A DNA stretch of 62,282 nt, filler included, from Sluysia triapertura (taxonomy: Eukaryota): NCBI GenBank assembly GCA_046118255.1. It is 5 parts of 5 records of this genome, joined end to end, with 100 filler letters (N's around TTAATTAATTAA, not from the genome) between each part and the next. Parts side by side here need not be neighbours in the genome. Positions count along the whole stretch, not along the records: positions 13,388 to 26,785 come from JBJNIA010042355.1; 4 more parts are not named here. One strand, given 5' to 3'. How positions within the stretch are numbered: the stretch's first letter is position 1; every line of letters starts with the position of its first letter. Below, one piece after another: positions 13,645 to 24,487 of this stretch. The notes under the pieces are model-generated. The model saw only the letters and a program-made list of their open reading frames with translations. It did not search any database and had not been told where the DNA came from. The position numbers and the translations under genes were made by a program.

Positions 13645-15611
13645 CTATCAGATTATTAAAATGTAAGACTTTCTTTGATCTTTTAGTTTTATCCATTGAT
13701 TGCAGTTTTTTTGTCGTCAATATATGTAAGACCTTATTTTTCTTTTAATTTATTATCAAAAATTGTTAATATATTAATTAAATTAGATAATTTGATTTCA
13801 GTAATTATTTTTGATCAAACAAGTACGTTTTATTTCAATAATTATAAAAACCTTAAGTCCCTTTTGAATTTTGATTTCAATTTCAAAATTTTCAATTATG
13901 TTAGAATACACCGGCCATTACAATCAACAATTCTTATCTGCATTTATTCGCCAACTTTTTACTGTAATCCTCTTTAAATTAGTAAGCTTAATTTTATTTA
14001 CGTACGATATTTATCTCTCATCTCTGATATAAGAGGTAGAAGTGCTTTATAAAATTCAAATTTAAACTCTTTCAAAGTCTCAACATATACAAAAACAATT
14101 TGACTCTAAAAACTTATTGTGACAACAATAATATAAACGTAAAGATAAATCAAATTATTAAATGATAAAATGAAAAACCTCAGTAAGTGTCTTGTAATTA
14201 TAATTTTCAAAAATTTTATTTAGTAACTTTACATTTATATAAGGATGATTTTATGTTATAATAAGTGACAATTGAATAAAAGAGATAGTAATACTAAAAC
14301 ACATAAATCTTTCTTCTTATAAATCATATTCTTTTCTTTCTAATAAGAATTTCTTTAATAGAATTCTTTTAATTATGTCTGATTATCTTTTAAAAGTCTA
14401 AGAAGTAAAAGAATAATGACACGCAGTTATAGATATTAAAAGAAATTCCGTTTTGAATGAAATGTTAAAATGATTTTGAAGTGTAAATTTACTGTTTTTC
14501 AATGATATTAATGGTTGAATGTTGAAGAATTATGAACTTTAAATGTTTTGGGTTAATTTTGAAGATTTTAGATCTATATTATGATTTTAATGTTATGAAA
14601 CTGTAATAAATAACAAATCACAGTAAATTTACTGAACGAATATGATTTCCAAATTTTTGTATTAAGTTTACTAATAGTATTTCGTTATTAAAATTGGATT
14701 GTGCATTAGTTAATTAAATAGTGAACCATTAATTGTTGTTTTAAAGTTTTTGTACTGCATCTAATTTGTATAACCACTTTCAATGGCTAACTAACGAAAA
14801 GTCACTAATTTCTAATTTTGTTTCTATAATGCTTTTAAAATAATTATTAAAAAGCTGTCATTCGTTGACAGTAATATGAAATTTAAGTAATGAAAAACTT
14901 TCAAGAATGACAGTCACTAACAACAATAATTAACAATGATAAAAATAATTAATAGTGGTAATAATAATAATAATAACAGTAATAATAATCATAAACTTCA
15001 TATATTGAAAAAACATAAATATATTATCAAGAAACACAAAATTTATAAAAGCACAATGAGTGCAATTCATCATACCAAGATATTTATTGATAATCAACGA
15101 AAGATGCAAATTTAGTATGCATATATAATCTTATTATTCCATTCATTGATAGATTTGGTTTTCAGTTTCATTTAAATCAATCATCTTATATCTTATTAGA
15201 ACATTTAAGAAAAGTAGTAAGTTTGTCATGTATGAAAAGAATTAAATATACGTAATTTTAGTAAATTTTAATAATTTTTATTTGAACTTATGTAAATTTT
15301 AATAAATTTTTATTAGATTTGTAAAAAAATTAAGTGTTACGAGAAAAACATGAAAATTAATAATACTAAAGAGAATATATGAAAATTAATTGTGATCATT
15401 TTTAGAAAAATAATACTAATAAAAAATTGTTTAAATAGAATAATTAATAAAGAAATAAAATGTCTGCCAACTCTAATATAAAAAGAAATGAAATTTTAAA
15501 ACCAATAACATAAGACGAAAGTTTTCTACAGCGAGGCTCGCCAACGATATTTGAATTCGATCAATTTGTAGTTCCTGCCTTCGAGATTCGGCTACTCACC
15601 TATATATTTAC

Positions 15612-15679
15612 TCGTCGTTGCTGCTCCTCATTTATCCAATTCTGTACCTTGAAGTCGAAAGTCTTTAAGTCTTTCCTTA
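15612..15679 (-). CDS. Candidate internal exon, possibly of the gene ending at 13407
   Basis: AG|TA AGG...CGA CGA|GTAAAT encodes RKDLKTFDFKVQNWINEEQQRR. The phase is not directly compatible with exon 13644, so another exon would be needed. Confidence 0.3.
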
Positions 15680-18537
15680 CTATTCAGCAGGGTTAAAATA
15701 CACGTAAATCACATTTGACATTTTAGTAACCTAGAATAAATCCAGGCTCAAAATCAACTTAAAATTTACTCAAAATTAAAAAAACTTAATTTTTAACATT
15801 TACTTATTTATTACACTTATGTTACATATTATCTCCTCTCATACTATTTTGTTTATACTTTTTTTGTAAAGTTTGATACAATTCATTATTTTATTTAATT
15901 ATTTGTATAATGTAAATATTTCTTAGTATTTGATGTAATATACTTTATTTGTTCATTTATATTTACGTAAATAATATGAATATAATGCTCATTTTAAATG
16001 CTCACTTTATTTTAAAATCATATTTACAAAAACATTTTAATGAAATCATCATTAATGAAAATCATTAATGCTCGTTATGTCCATTAATAAAAATAATTTT
16101 AATTTTAAAATTATTATTAGGGAATCATTGAGATCTTAATGCTTTTATAGAATAAAATTATACTAAATTAAGATTATATACAAATAATATAAATTCTAAA
16201 TTATGTTCTTCATTGCAAGATTTTTTCATCCTGGCACCACGACATTCTTTTTAAATATTGTATAACTATTATTTAAAATAATTAGGAAAAATTCATTTAA
16301 CAGAAAAATATATCGCGCATTTAAACTCATACATAAATGTACACAAAGAAACTGAGTGTGCATAAGAAAAGGGCTGTATTCAATATAATTTCAATTCAAA
16401 AGATAAAACACGTAAGACCATCAATACAGATGCGTTGTTAGCAGACATATTACAGATTGCATTAATGCAACCCCGGCGGTTTAGCGATAGTCGCGTAACA
16501 TTTCATTTATGCATCGCTGGCAATTTAAGTGTTAATATTCAGACAACATTTATATATTGTGTAAATATAATATTACTTGTATTTGCGTGTAAATAAAATC
16601 AGACAAAATTATTTGTATAGTCAAAATTATAGAAATTAATTCAATAATATTTATGCTGCAGTATTAATTCACATTAATATATGCTGTAATTAAAAAATCA
16701 AAGTATTATAAAAAATTAATTCAATAAATACCTTCATCAAAAACATTATAAAAAGGAATACAAAATAGCAGTAGTCACACAACGTTATAAGTTTTCTACA
16801 GTAGATACTTTTCGAACGCCAAGTAACACGATTATTATTCTAATCCGTGACGGTTATATTTCTTAAGGTTTATTTTACAATATAATCAGTGATGGTTATA
16901 TCTCTTAAAATTTACAAATTATACTATGTTGAGACAATCTGAAAGGAAAGAAGATTTTTATTGTTAGTTTTGTTCTGAATATTGAATTACTGAAACATAA
17001 AATAAAATTAATTTAATATAAGATCGATTTAATATAAAATCCATTTAATATAAAATCGATTTAATTTAAAATCAATTTAACACAAAATTAATTACGAAGC
17101 AATAAATTAAAATTTATTTAATAAAATTTTTATTAATATGATTTTCCAATTTGTTTTTCTTATTGAATATTTTACATTTACTATTGAAAATGTTATTTCA
17201 ATAAATTGTTTAATTTTAATTGTTTTTGAATAGTTAGGGATTGGGATTAGAGCACATAGTGAAATATAAGGAAATAAAATAAAAGCTAGAGGTATATAGG
17301 CAATGTTGATAACATAAATAAGTTGAAGATATATAAGTTAAGAGTACTAAGCGATTATAAAATCAAGTAAATCAAAAATAACCGAATAAAATTTTATCAA
17401 ATAAAACAAAATTGTTCGTAAGTATAGTTACACAGAGCGAAAATAAATCTTAAATAAATAGTTTGTAAAACTTTAAAGAGTAAAATATTTGCACTTCCAT
17501 TTGAAGCGAGTATTAGAATTTGTCTTCAGATAAAGTAAAGCGAATGTATTAATAGAGAAAGTAGATTTTATCAATAGAGTAAATTAGTAAAAGAAGTTAC
17601 ATCAATAATAATTTAACCTCATAGAATCTTGATTTACATAAAGTACTTATAAGATAGAATCATTGCTTGATATAAAGAGTTAGTTTAAACATATTCAATT
17701 ACTTCTATACTAAATCTAAATTTTAACATTTGTGGTTATTAAACATTAAGGGATAATCTTTTACTCCATACATTAGGTGATTTTCTAAAATAGTAAGGAC
17801 CCTCTATTTGTTCCTAAAACATGTACCTTTGTCTTCCACTAGGATACAAATCAGTGGCAATAAATTTATATATTCTTTGAAATTTATATAAAGAAACCAG
17901 CATATATTTATTAATTTTATGGATTTATTAATAAATAATTTTATTTACGAAAATACAACACAACTTCATAAAGATCAAGCATGTTAATAAATCGTTCTGT
18001 TAGAATCAAGTAAGAACTAGTAGGAATGTACTAGTACAAAAACACTCGATTGAATAAATTCTCTATTAGTACGAACACATCAAAATTAATAAATGATAAC
18101 TGTAAATCCTACAACAAAATAGTAAAGAATTACAAAACTAACATTGTCATTAGTCTCTTGTAGTGCATATTCAAATCGTTTAAAATCAGTCTTTCGTTGT
18201 TTTTCGAGCAATTCTTGAATTCGATTTTCGTGATTTAATTCCAGTTTTTTTAACTGACTTACTTCGATATCAATTTCCGATAAAAATTTAGTTCGATAAT
18301 TCTAAAATGTTAATTAAAGTTATGCGTAAAATTCTTTCATGTAGAATCAACCGAAAACATAAACTATTAATATATTTATTAAATGAAAAAATACAAATAC
18401 CAAGTAACAAAAAACAAAATGGTAAAATTATAAATACATTACTTCTAATTGTTGCATTTTAAACCACAAATTAATTAATGGTAGGTTGAGCATTATTTTA
18501 ATTTTAGTATATTTTAACTGTTATAACGGATGAAAAG

Positions 18538-19000
18538 ATGGAAACATGGATTGATCCAAAAAAAACCAATTGGTTGAGAAATCCATTTGAGCATTTATTG
18601 ATCAAGCCAATGAGACTACAATTTCCAATTCATAAATATAAAAGAGGTGGCTCATATGAATTATGGCAGGCTGATTTAATGAACATGATTACATATTATA
18701 AAATTAATGCTGGTTATAAATACATTTTAAATCATCTGTTTCAAGAGCATGTATTATTTGTAAAAGATGCACCAATAAATTTTCAAATTGGTGTTTACAA
18801 AAATTGATTTTTACAACAAAAATGTAGAAAAAATATTACAAAAATATGCAATATTAATTATATTTACACCAGAATAATTTACCTTTCAAAAGTTTTTGAA
18901 AGGAAAATATTTAAAATTTTAGATTATAAGAACTTCAAATTTTATTCTCGTAACATTCGATTGTGATGATTCAAAATCCGAAACCATACAACACATCCAT
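18538..19000 (+). mobile_element. Polinton/Maverick-type retroviral-like integrase relic
   Basis: WLRNPFEHLLIKPMRLQFP...GGSYELWQADLMNM...NAGYKYIL matches the Polinton integrase N-core (LHKPVRxxF...WQADLxDM...NxGYKYIL). Frameshifted DFYNKNVEK follows. Internally deleted. Confidence 0.8.
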
Positions 19001-19252
19001 ATTATTACACTTTCACACTATCATATCTTTCGCAACTTCAATGTACATAAGCTTAAATAAATATTACAATTTAAAATCAAATAACTTTAATTATATTATT
19101 TTTGGTACATTTTTATTATTATCAATTTTTGTTATTGCTGTTATTAGTTATTATTTTAAGTAATTTAATAAAAAAATTTTGTTGGTATTTTCAAAACTGC
19201 ATAAAGCCGCATGTGATTTTAAAATTTTTTTTGAAATTACGATTTTAAAAAC

Positions 19253-20080
19253 GTGACAAAGTTTGACATAACCAATCAAGAGATTGTACGAGTAATAATT
19301 GAATGTACAATTCATGGCTCTTGTTCGAAATTGAAAGTTAAGACTTTAAAATCATTTAGAGTAGTCTTATCATCGTTTTCAAAATGCACTTGCTTCGAAC
19401 CAGGTAAGTGTTACGTTAAAAATCATTTAAGTAATAATACAACTATGCCTTGCTTAGTACTGTACAACCATGTTGAACTCACTGAAGATAAAGGAATCAT
19501 TTTAAAGTAATAGGAGTCCATGTCTGAATGACTCAACGAGAAAAAATGAGTTTTAAAATCATGAAGTTCAAGAATTTACTTATAGTTACATAGATGACAT
19601 CGTATTATTCTTCATAATTTGAAATCATGTAAAGACGAGTAAAAAAATAAAGCCTATAAAGTTCTTCATGAATATATCGAATAAAATTGGGCAACCAGAG
19701 ATTTTTACCTTAGATTATGAAATTAGTATAAAGTTTTCAACTCGAGAAGATATATTACTTAAGTGCAGTAAAGATGCCAATTGTGACAAAGTGCAGATAT
19801 ACGTATTTGTACTGTGCTAATATGAGAAGAACACAAAACTGATATTAATGAAGTAAGTTTAAAATTTCAAATTGTGGATTCGTTGTGCTATAACAAGCAA
19901 CTTGATTGCAGAATCCCGATTACGATGAATTTAAATATTTTTGTTCGCGTATTGTCTTTTTTATAAAAATAAATAAAGTTTTCGAAAAATAGCGGTCCAA
20001 ATTGGTATTAAATCAAAGGACCTTAAGTCTTATTGAAATGTGATTATATGATGCTTTAGGCCTATTTCAAATTTTATATT
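19253..20080 (+). mobile_element. Ty3/gypsy reverse transcriptase relic
   Basis: YNHVELTED, then SYIDDIVLF (YIDD at 19587-19598), then KIGQPEIFTLDYEIS (cf. KCxFxxxEIxFLGYxIS), in broken frames. Confidence 0.65.
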
Positions 20081-20086
20081 TAAAAT

Positions 20087-20380
20087 TGTAGGGAATTCAC
20101 ATCCGCACACTTCATCACGTAAAAACATCTCTCACATACACAGAACATTAAACAAACTATATGACTCATTCAAAAAACAAACTTAGTCATTGTACATAAT
20201 TATCATGAACTATAATTATTGTATCATGATTATTATCATGATTATCATATAATAACTTTTATATTATCATCACAACATCATTGTTTTAAAATATATACTA
20301 ATTACGTTAGTGTTATCATTATTATTTCTTTTATCTTTACCATCAACCTTTCTTATTTTTTTGTTTCATTTTTTAAATTC
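20087..20380 (+). repeat. TGTAGGGAATTCA LTR-like repeat, copy 3 (more diverged)
   Basis: Starts tgtagggaattcac and is collinear with the reverse complement of 10895-11265. Confidence 0.65.
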
Positions 20381-20803
20381 TTGTTTTTAAAAAGCCTTAA
20401 GCCTATTTTGTTAATTGTTTGCATGCTTTGTTTAAATCGTTCCATATTAGTCGAAAATTTTAATATTTTGTTAATTTATTTCGTAATAATCAAAAGTCTA
20501 AATACGTTGATAAATTTGTTGACTAAGTTTAATGTTTTAAATAAAATTTTAAGAATAAAACAGAACAAGCCCTTCCACAAGATAAAAAGCCTTAAGAGTA
20601 TTGTTAATTCACACAAACATTAAACTAGTGTCAGGAAGTAAATACTTTTGGGATACTCAACCCACTTGCTATACTCAACAAGAATCATAATATTAATAAT
20701 CACATATAATAATAATTATTATTATTATAATTATAATAATGTTAATAGAAGTAACTTTATCTGTAATAATAAAATAAAAATTCCTAAATGTTTAATAAAC
20801 TTT

Positions 20804-20805
<2 letters not shown>

Positions 20806-20857
<52 letters not shown>
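20806..20857. repeat. (AAT)n microsatellite
   Basis: Pure AAT run. Confidence 0.95.
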
Positions 20858-20859
<2 letters not shown>

Positions 20860-22054
20860 CTCGATAAAATTCTTTCTTATAACATCACACAGGCCCACAC
20901 TGTCTTGCAACAAATATTAATATCATAACACCAAATTCTACAACCAATTCTATGCCTCTCTTTATCTTCCACTAAATAGTTCCATAAACTAAATAGTTCC
21001 ATAAATATTCTATATTTAAAAATAATTTTACTCAAATTAACAAAAGTAAATCACAGTAAAAATATATACAAAAATAACAAACTATAATTACAGAATAATA
21101 ATAAGACATCATCTTTAATACCTCCAACTGCGCTATTTCCAATTTTTATAACTTCACGCTACTTTTTTAAATATTAATAGCAGTACTAACTACTTTAACT
21201 TTATTAGCCACAAATCCACAAATATAAATTTTCAACATAAATTATGCTTGAATAATCGACACTTAACACGTCTCTTTAACACTACTAACGATAATCGTGG
21301 CCCAAAGAGACACTAAAGATGAAATCGTAACACCTAATAACGTGTCAAAAACCAACAAAATTATCAAAACACTTCTAACTCTAAAACCAGTATGGAGACA
21401 CATTAGAATGCTACATATACTGTAGTGGCCAACACTCAACCTAAAATTTATCAAAACACCACATTTAATATTCACAAGTTAAACTTCACCAAAATTTAAT
21501 TTTCAAAACAATCACATTACTTACTATCGAACTACACCAACACAATCACCACAAATAATACCCGACATATTTAACATCTCATTAACCCACACACATCAAC
21601 AATTCGACTAACACTTTTAACCATCCATAGCACAACAAACTCCGACATTTAATCTCGAATAACTCACAACATTCACTCACAAGATATTCTAACGTAATAA
21701 CACTATTCAACAACGCTAACAAGTACCTTAGAAACATAAATCATTTACATTAAAATCCTTAATCAACTACACCAACCTAAATCCACTTCATCTATACATA
21801 TTTAGCATCAACATCTATTTTTAATAACATCATAAATACGTTAAGATTTATTTTTGTAATCGTCTTTTAAAATTAAATTAAGTTCAACCTTTCAATAAGA
21901 ATCTTAAACCATTATATTCAATGCATAAATCTTGTTTTCAATTACAAATCTTCAATAAATTTCAACAAATTATTTCAACATTCTTCATTTCACTTACAAC
22001 TTAAACCATTGCATCTTTTAAAACAAATGCAAGACAACTTTAAAGAGTTCATTA

Positions 22055-22124
22055 TCGTACCGTGAAGCAACAACTACAAATGATACATAGTATACTTCGT
22101 TACTGTTGTTCCTTCACAGTATGA
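22055..22124. other. Hairpin 1: 20-bp inverted repeat
   Basis: tcgtaccgtgaagcaacaac (22055-22074) pairs with gttgttccttcacagtatga (22105-22124): 17 Watson-Crick pairs plus 1 G-U; 30-nt loop. Confidence 0.7.
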
Positions 22125-22351
22125 CATTCGTTTTATTCCTTTTTATTTTATTTATATGTCAGAACGTAAAATAATATAACAGAAAAAGATCGTGTAGAAT
22201 TTAAGTATAAGAGACATTTATGTATTTCATTTTAGCAATATTGTTGTCGTTATTACTGTTATTAATTTTATTATTATTATTGTTATTATTACTTATGTTA
22301 ATAAATAATTAAAAAATAAAAATTGTACTTTTGATGACAAATCTGGTTAAT

Positions 22352-22411
22352 ACCACCACCAGTGTTGACAGTCTGTCACATTTACATTAAGCTGTCAACG
22401 CTGCTGATGGT
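22352..22411. other. Hairpin 2: ~21-bp stem, pre-miRNA-like geometry
   Basis: accaccaccagtgttgacagt pairs with gctgtcaacgctgctgatggt with 2 mismatches and G-U pairs; 18-nt loop. Overlaps the palindrome tgacag-t-ctgtca. Confidence 0.6.
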
Positions 22412-22458
22412 CAGTCATCAGTTTTTCTCTTCATTTGCTCCCATTGTAAAACAACATA

Positions 22459-22514
22459 TCACCCAATCAGACCAATTATTCCTAACCACACTCACTTTTA
22501 GTCTGATTGGGTGA
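22459..22514. promoter_or_regulatory. Perfect 14-bp inverted repeat containing opposed CCAATCAG boxes
   Basis: tcacccaatcagac (22459-22472) and gtctgattgggtga (22501-22514), ~220 bp upstream of the 445-aa ORF. The regulatory role is inferred. Confidence 0.55.
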
Positions 22515-22732
22515 ATTAAAAATAGAAACAACAATAATTATCTACTAATTTTCTGTCACAATTTTCAAAGGAGTTTTATTAACAACATTGCTGGTCAGTA
22601 TAAAAGATTTACAATTCTATAAGCTCCGACTAATATCAAAAAAAGAGAAATAAATCGATATCAATATATACTCCTTCGTATCCTAGAAGTCATTCTCAAG
22701 TTACTATCGCGAACTCATCAAAAGCAAACCAA

Positions 22733-24070
22733 ATGAAATTGTCCAAGAAAAATAAACATTTCAATAGTAATGACAAAGGAATTATCTCAATCGATGGCTA
22801 TGATACTTTATCAGCACCATACTACAACAGTGCTATTCGTTCTTTGAATATTATCAATAGTGATGTTGCTGATGATAACGGTGATAATAAAGATGATTTC
22901 AATTATAATTTAGGAGGAAAGTTTGAAATCTGCCTCTTAAGTATGTACAACAATACGTTAAAGACTGCTAAGAAATTAAAACGCGATTTATGTCATGATT
23001 TAGATCAATACTTTTCTAATGATAATTCTTCAGAAAATGATGATCGTACTAATTCTATTATAATGAACTCGAATACAAAAGTTAAAAATAAGGTCGATTT
23101 GGTTGTAGGTTATCTTTCCCGAAACATGAACCAGAAAGAAATGAGAAATTTGTTTGGTAAATCAGATGATTTCGAAACTTACGAATCAATACGCAATGAA
23201 ATAACTTGTAAAAATCGACAAATTGATCATTCCAACACGGTAGTTACAACGGTTAAAAACATAGAGTATGATTCTTTGGATCAAATTTTATCTACAAATA
23301 ACGAAGAATACCAAACGGGATTAGATTGTGGATCATATTCATCGGAAGCAGAAAAACCATGTCATGACAATGTTACAGACTTATTTCGTGATAACAAATC
23401 TATATTTTTCAAGAATAACCACATGATTAACGTGAAAAGTAACCTTGTAAGTGTCAATTTTATGTGTCATTTAAATTTTGATTTAGTTTACAAATACATC
23501 AAGTGGATCCGCGGAGTACAGCAGAAATCTTTGTGGAAAACAGGGGCCCGATGCGAAAGAACAAAACCTATGATTCAAATTTTTATTATTAACAATTTAA
23601 ATTTTAAATTTATAAAAGTTTATTATTTAATGCAATTTTGCCTTTATGTTCTAAAAATGTTATTTTGTTATGTCAAAAATAAAACATCGTGTATATGTTT
23701 CTTTAAAGAGAGTAAAGATAGATCTATTGATAAACTAAAATTTAGAATAATTAAACTAATATGTGAACGTATTCAAACCCAAAACTTATACGACATTTAT
23801 AAGACAAACAAACTTAATCACAGTAAAACCCATAAGGAAAGAATATTGAATTACAATACAGTTCTATATATAAGTCGAGTTAGTCATATCAAGACAGAAA
23901 CAAATTACGATGTAATAGGCCATCTTTTAAAATTCTATCAAAATAATCATAAAAGGACTTCTACTAAATTCTTAGATGAAAGTAAACTTATCAAACTAGT
24001 CTTAAATTTAAATTTACATAACAATTATAAGCACTACAAAACAACAACTCCAAATATAATAAACCATTAA
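22733..24070 (+). CDS. Orphan 445-aa hypothetical protein (single ORF)
   Basis: Longest ORF in the window, ATG-initiated, in sequence where stops are frequent. Acidic, N/D-rich N-half and basic/hydrophobic C-half. No recognised domain. Confidence 0.6.
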   Translation: MKLSKKNKHFNSNDKGIISIDGYDTLSAPYYNSAIRSLNIINSDVADDNGDNKDDFNYNLGGKFEICLLSMYNNTLKTAKKLKRDLCHDLDQYFSNDNSSENDDRTNSIIMNSNTKVKNKVDLVVGYLSRNMNQKEMRNLFGKSDDFETYESIRNEITCKNRQIDHSNTVVTTVKNIEYDSLDQILSTNNEEYQTGLDCGSYSSEAEKPCHDNVTDLFRDNKSIFFKNNHMINVKSNLVSVNFMCHLNFDLVYKYIKWIRGVQQKSLWKTGARCERTKPMIQIFIINNLNFKFIKVYYLMQFCLYVLKMLFCYVKNKTSCICFFKESKDRSIDKLKFRIIKLICERIQTQNLYDIYKTNKLNHSKTHKERILNYNTVLYISRVSHIKTETNYDVIGHLLKFYQNNHKRTSTKFLDESKLIKLVLNLNLHNNYKHYKTTTPNIINH

Positions 24071-24487
24071 GAAAGTTTAAAGTAAAATTTATTGACTTTT
24101 TTCAAGTTCTATCAGTTTAACATAAATAATACCTACCAATAACTGAACATGAATTTTCTTCTAATTTAATGAAGTACCATTTAGTTTTTTTCAATTATTG
24201 CATTAACATTAAATCAATGCCGGATGCCGATAAAATAACTTGTTTTGGTTCGAAGTTATTCATATTATACTATTTTCAAATGACAAACTTCATTAATAAA
24301 ATTAATTTAATTTGGTTTATAACTATTATCGAAAAATGAAAATTATTATTACAATTATGATTTATTAAAAACTTTATTATAAAAATTAATTGAAACTTCT
24401 CAAAATCTAAGAAAAAATGAAAATAACAACTAAAATTATGTATTTTAATTACATCTAGATAAAAATTAAATTTCTTTCTACATTGTT

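Noticed and set aside
22055-22065. TCGTACCGTGA equals the 5' end of miR-126
   Set aside because: Only 11 nt match, it sits on the 5' arm here, and miR-126 is known from chordates; likely coincidence.
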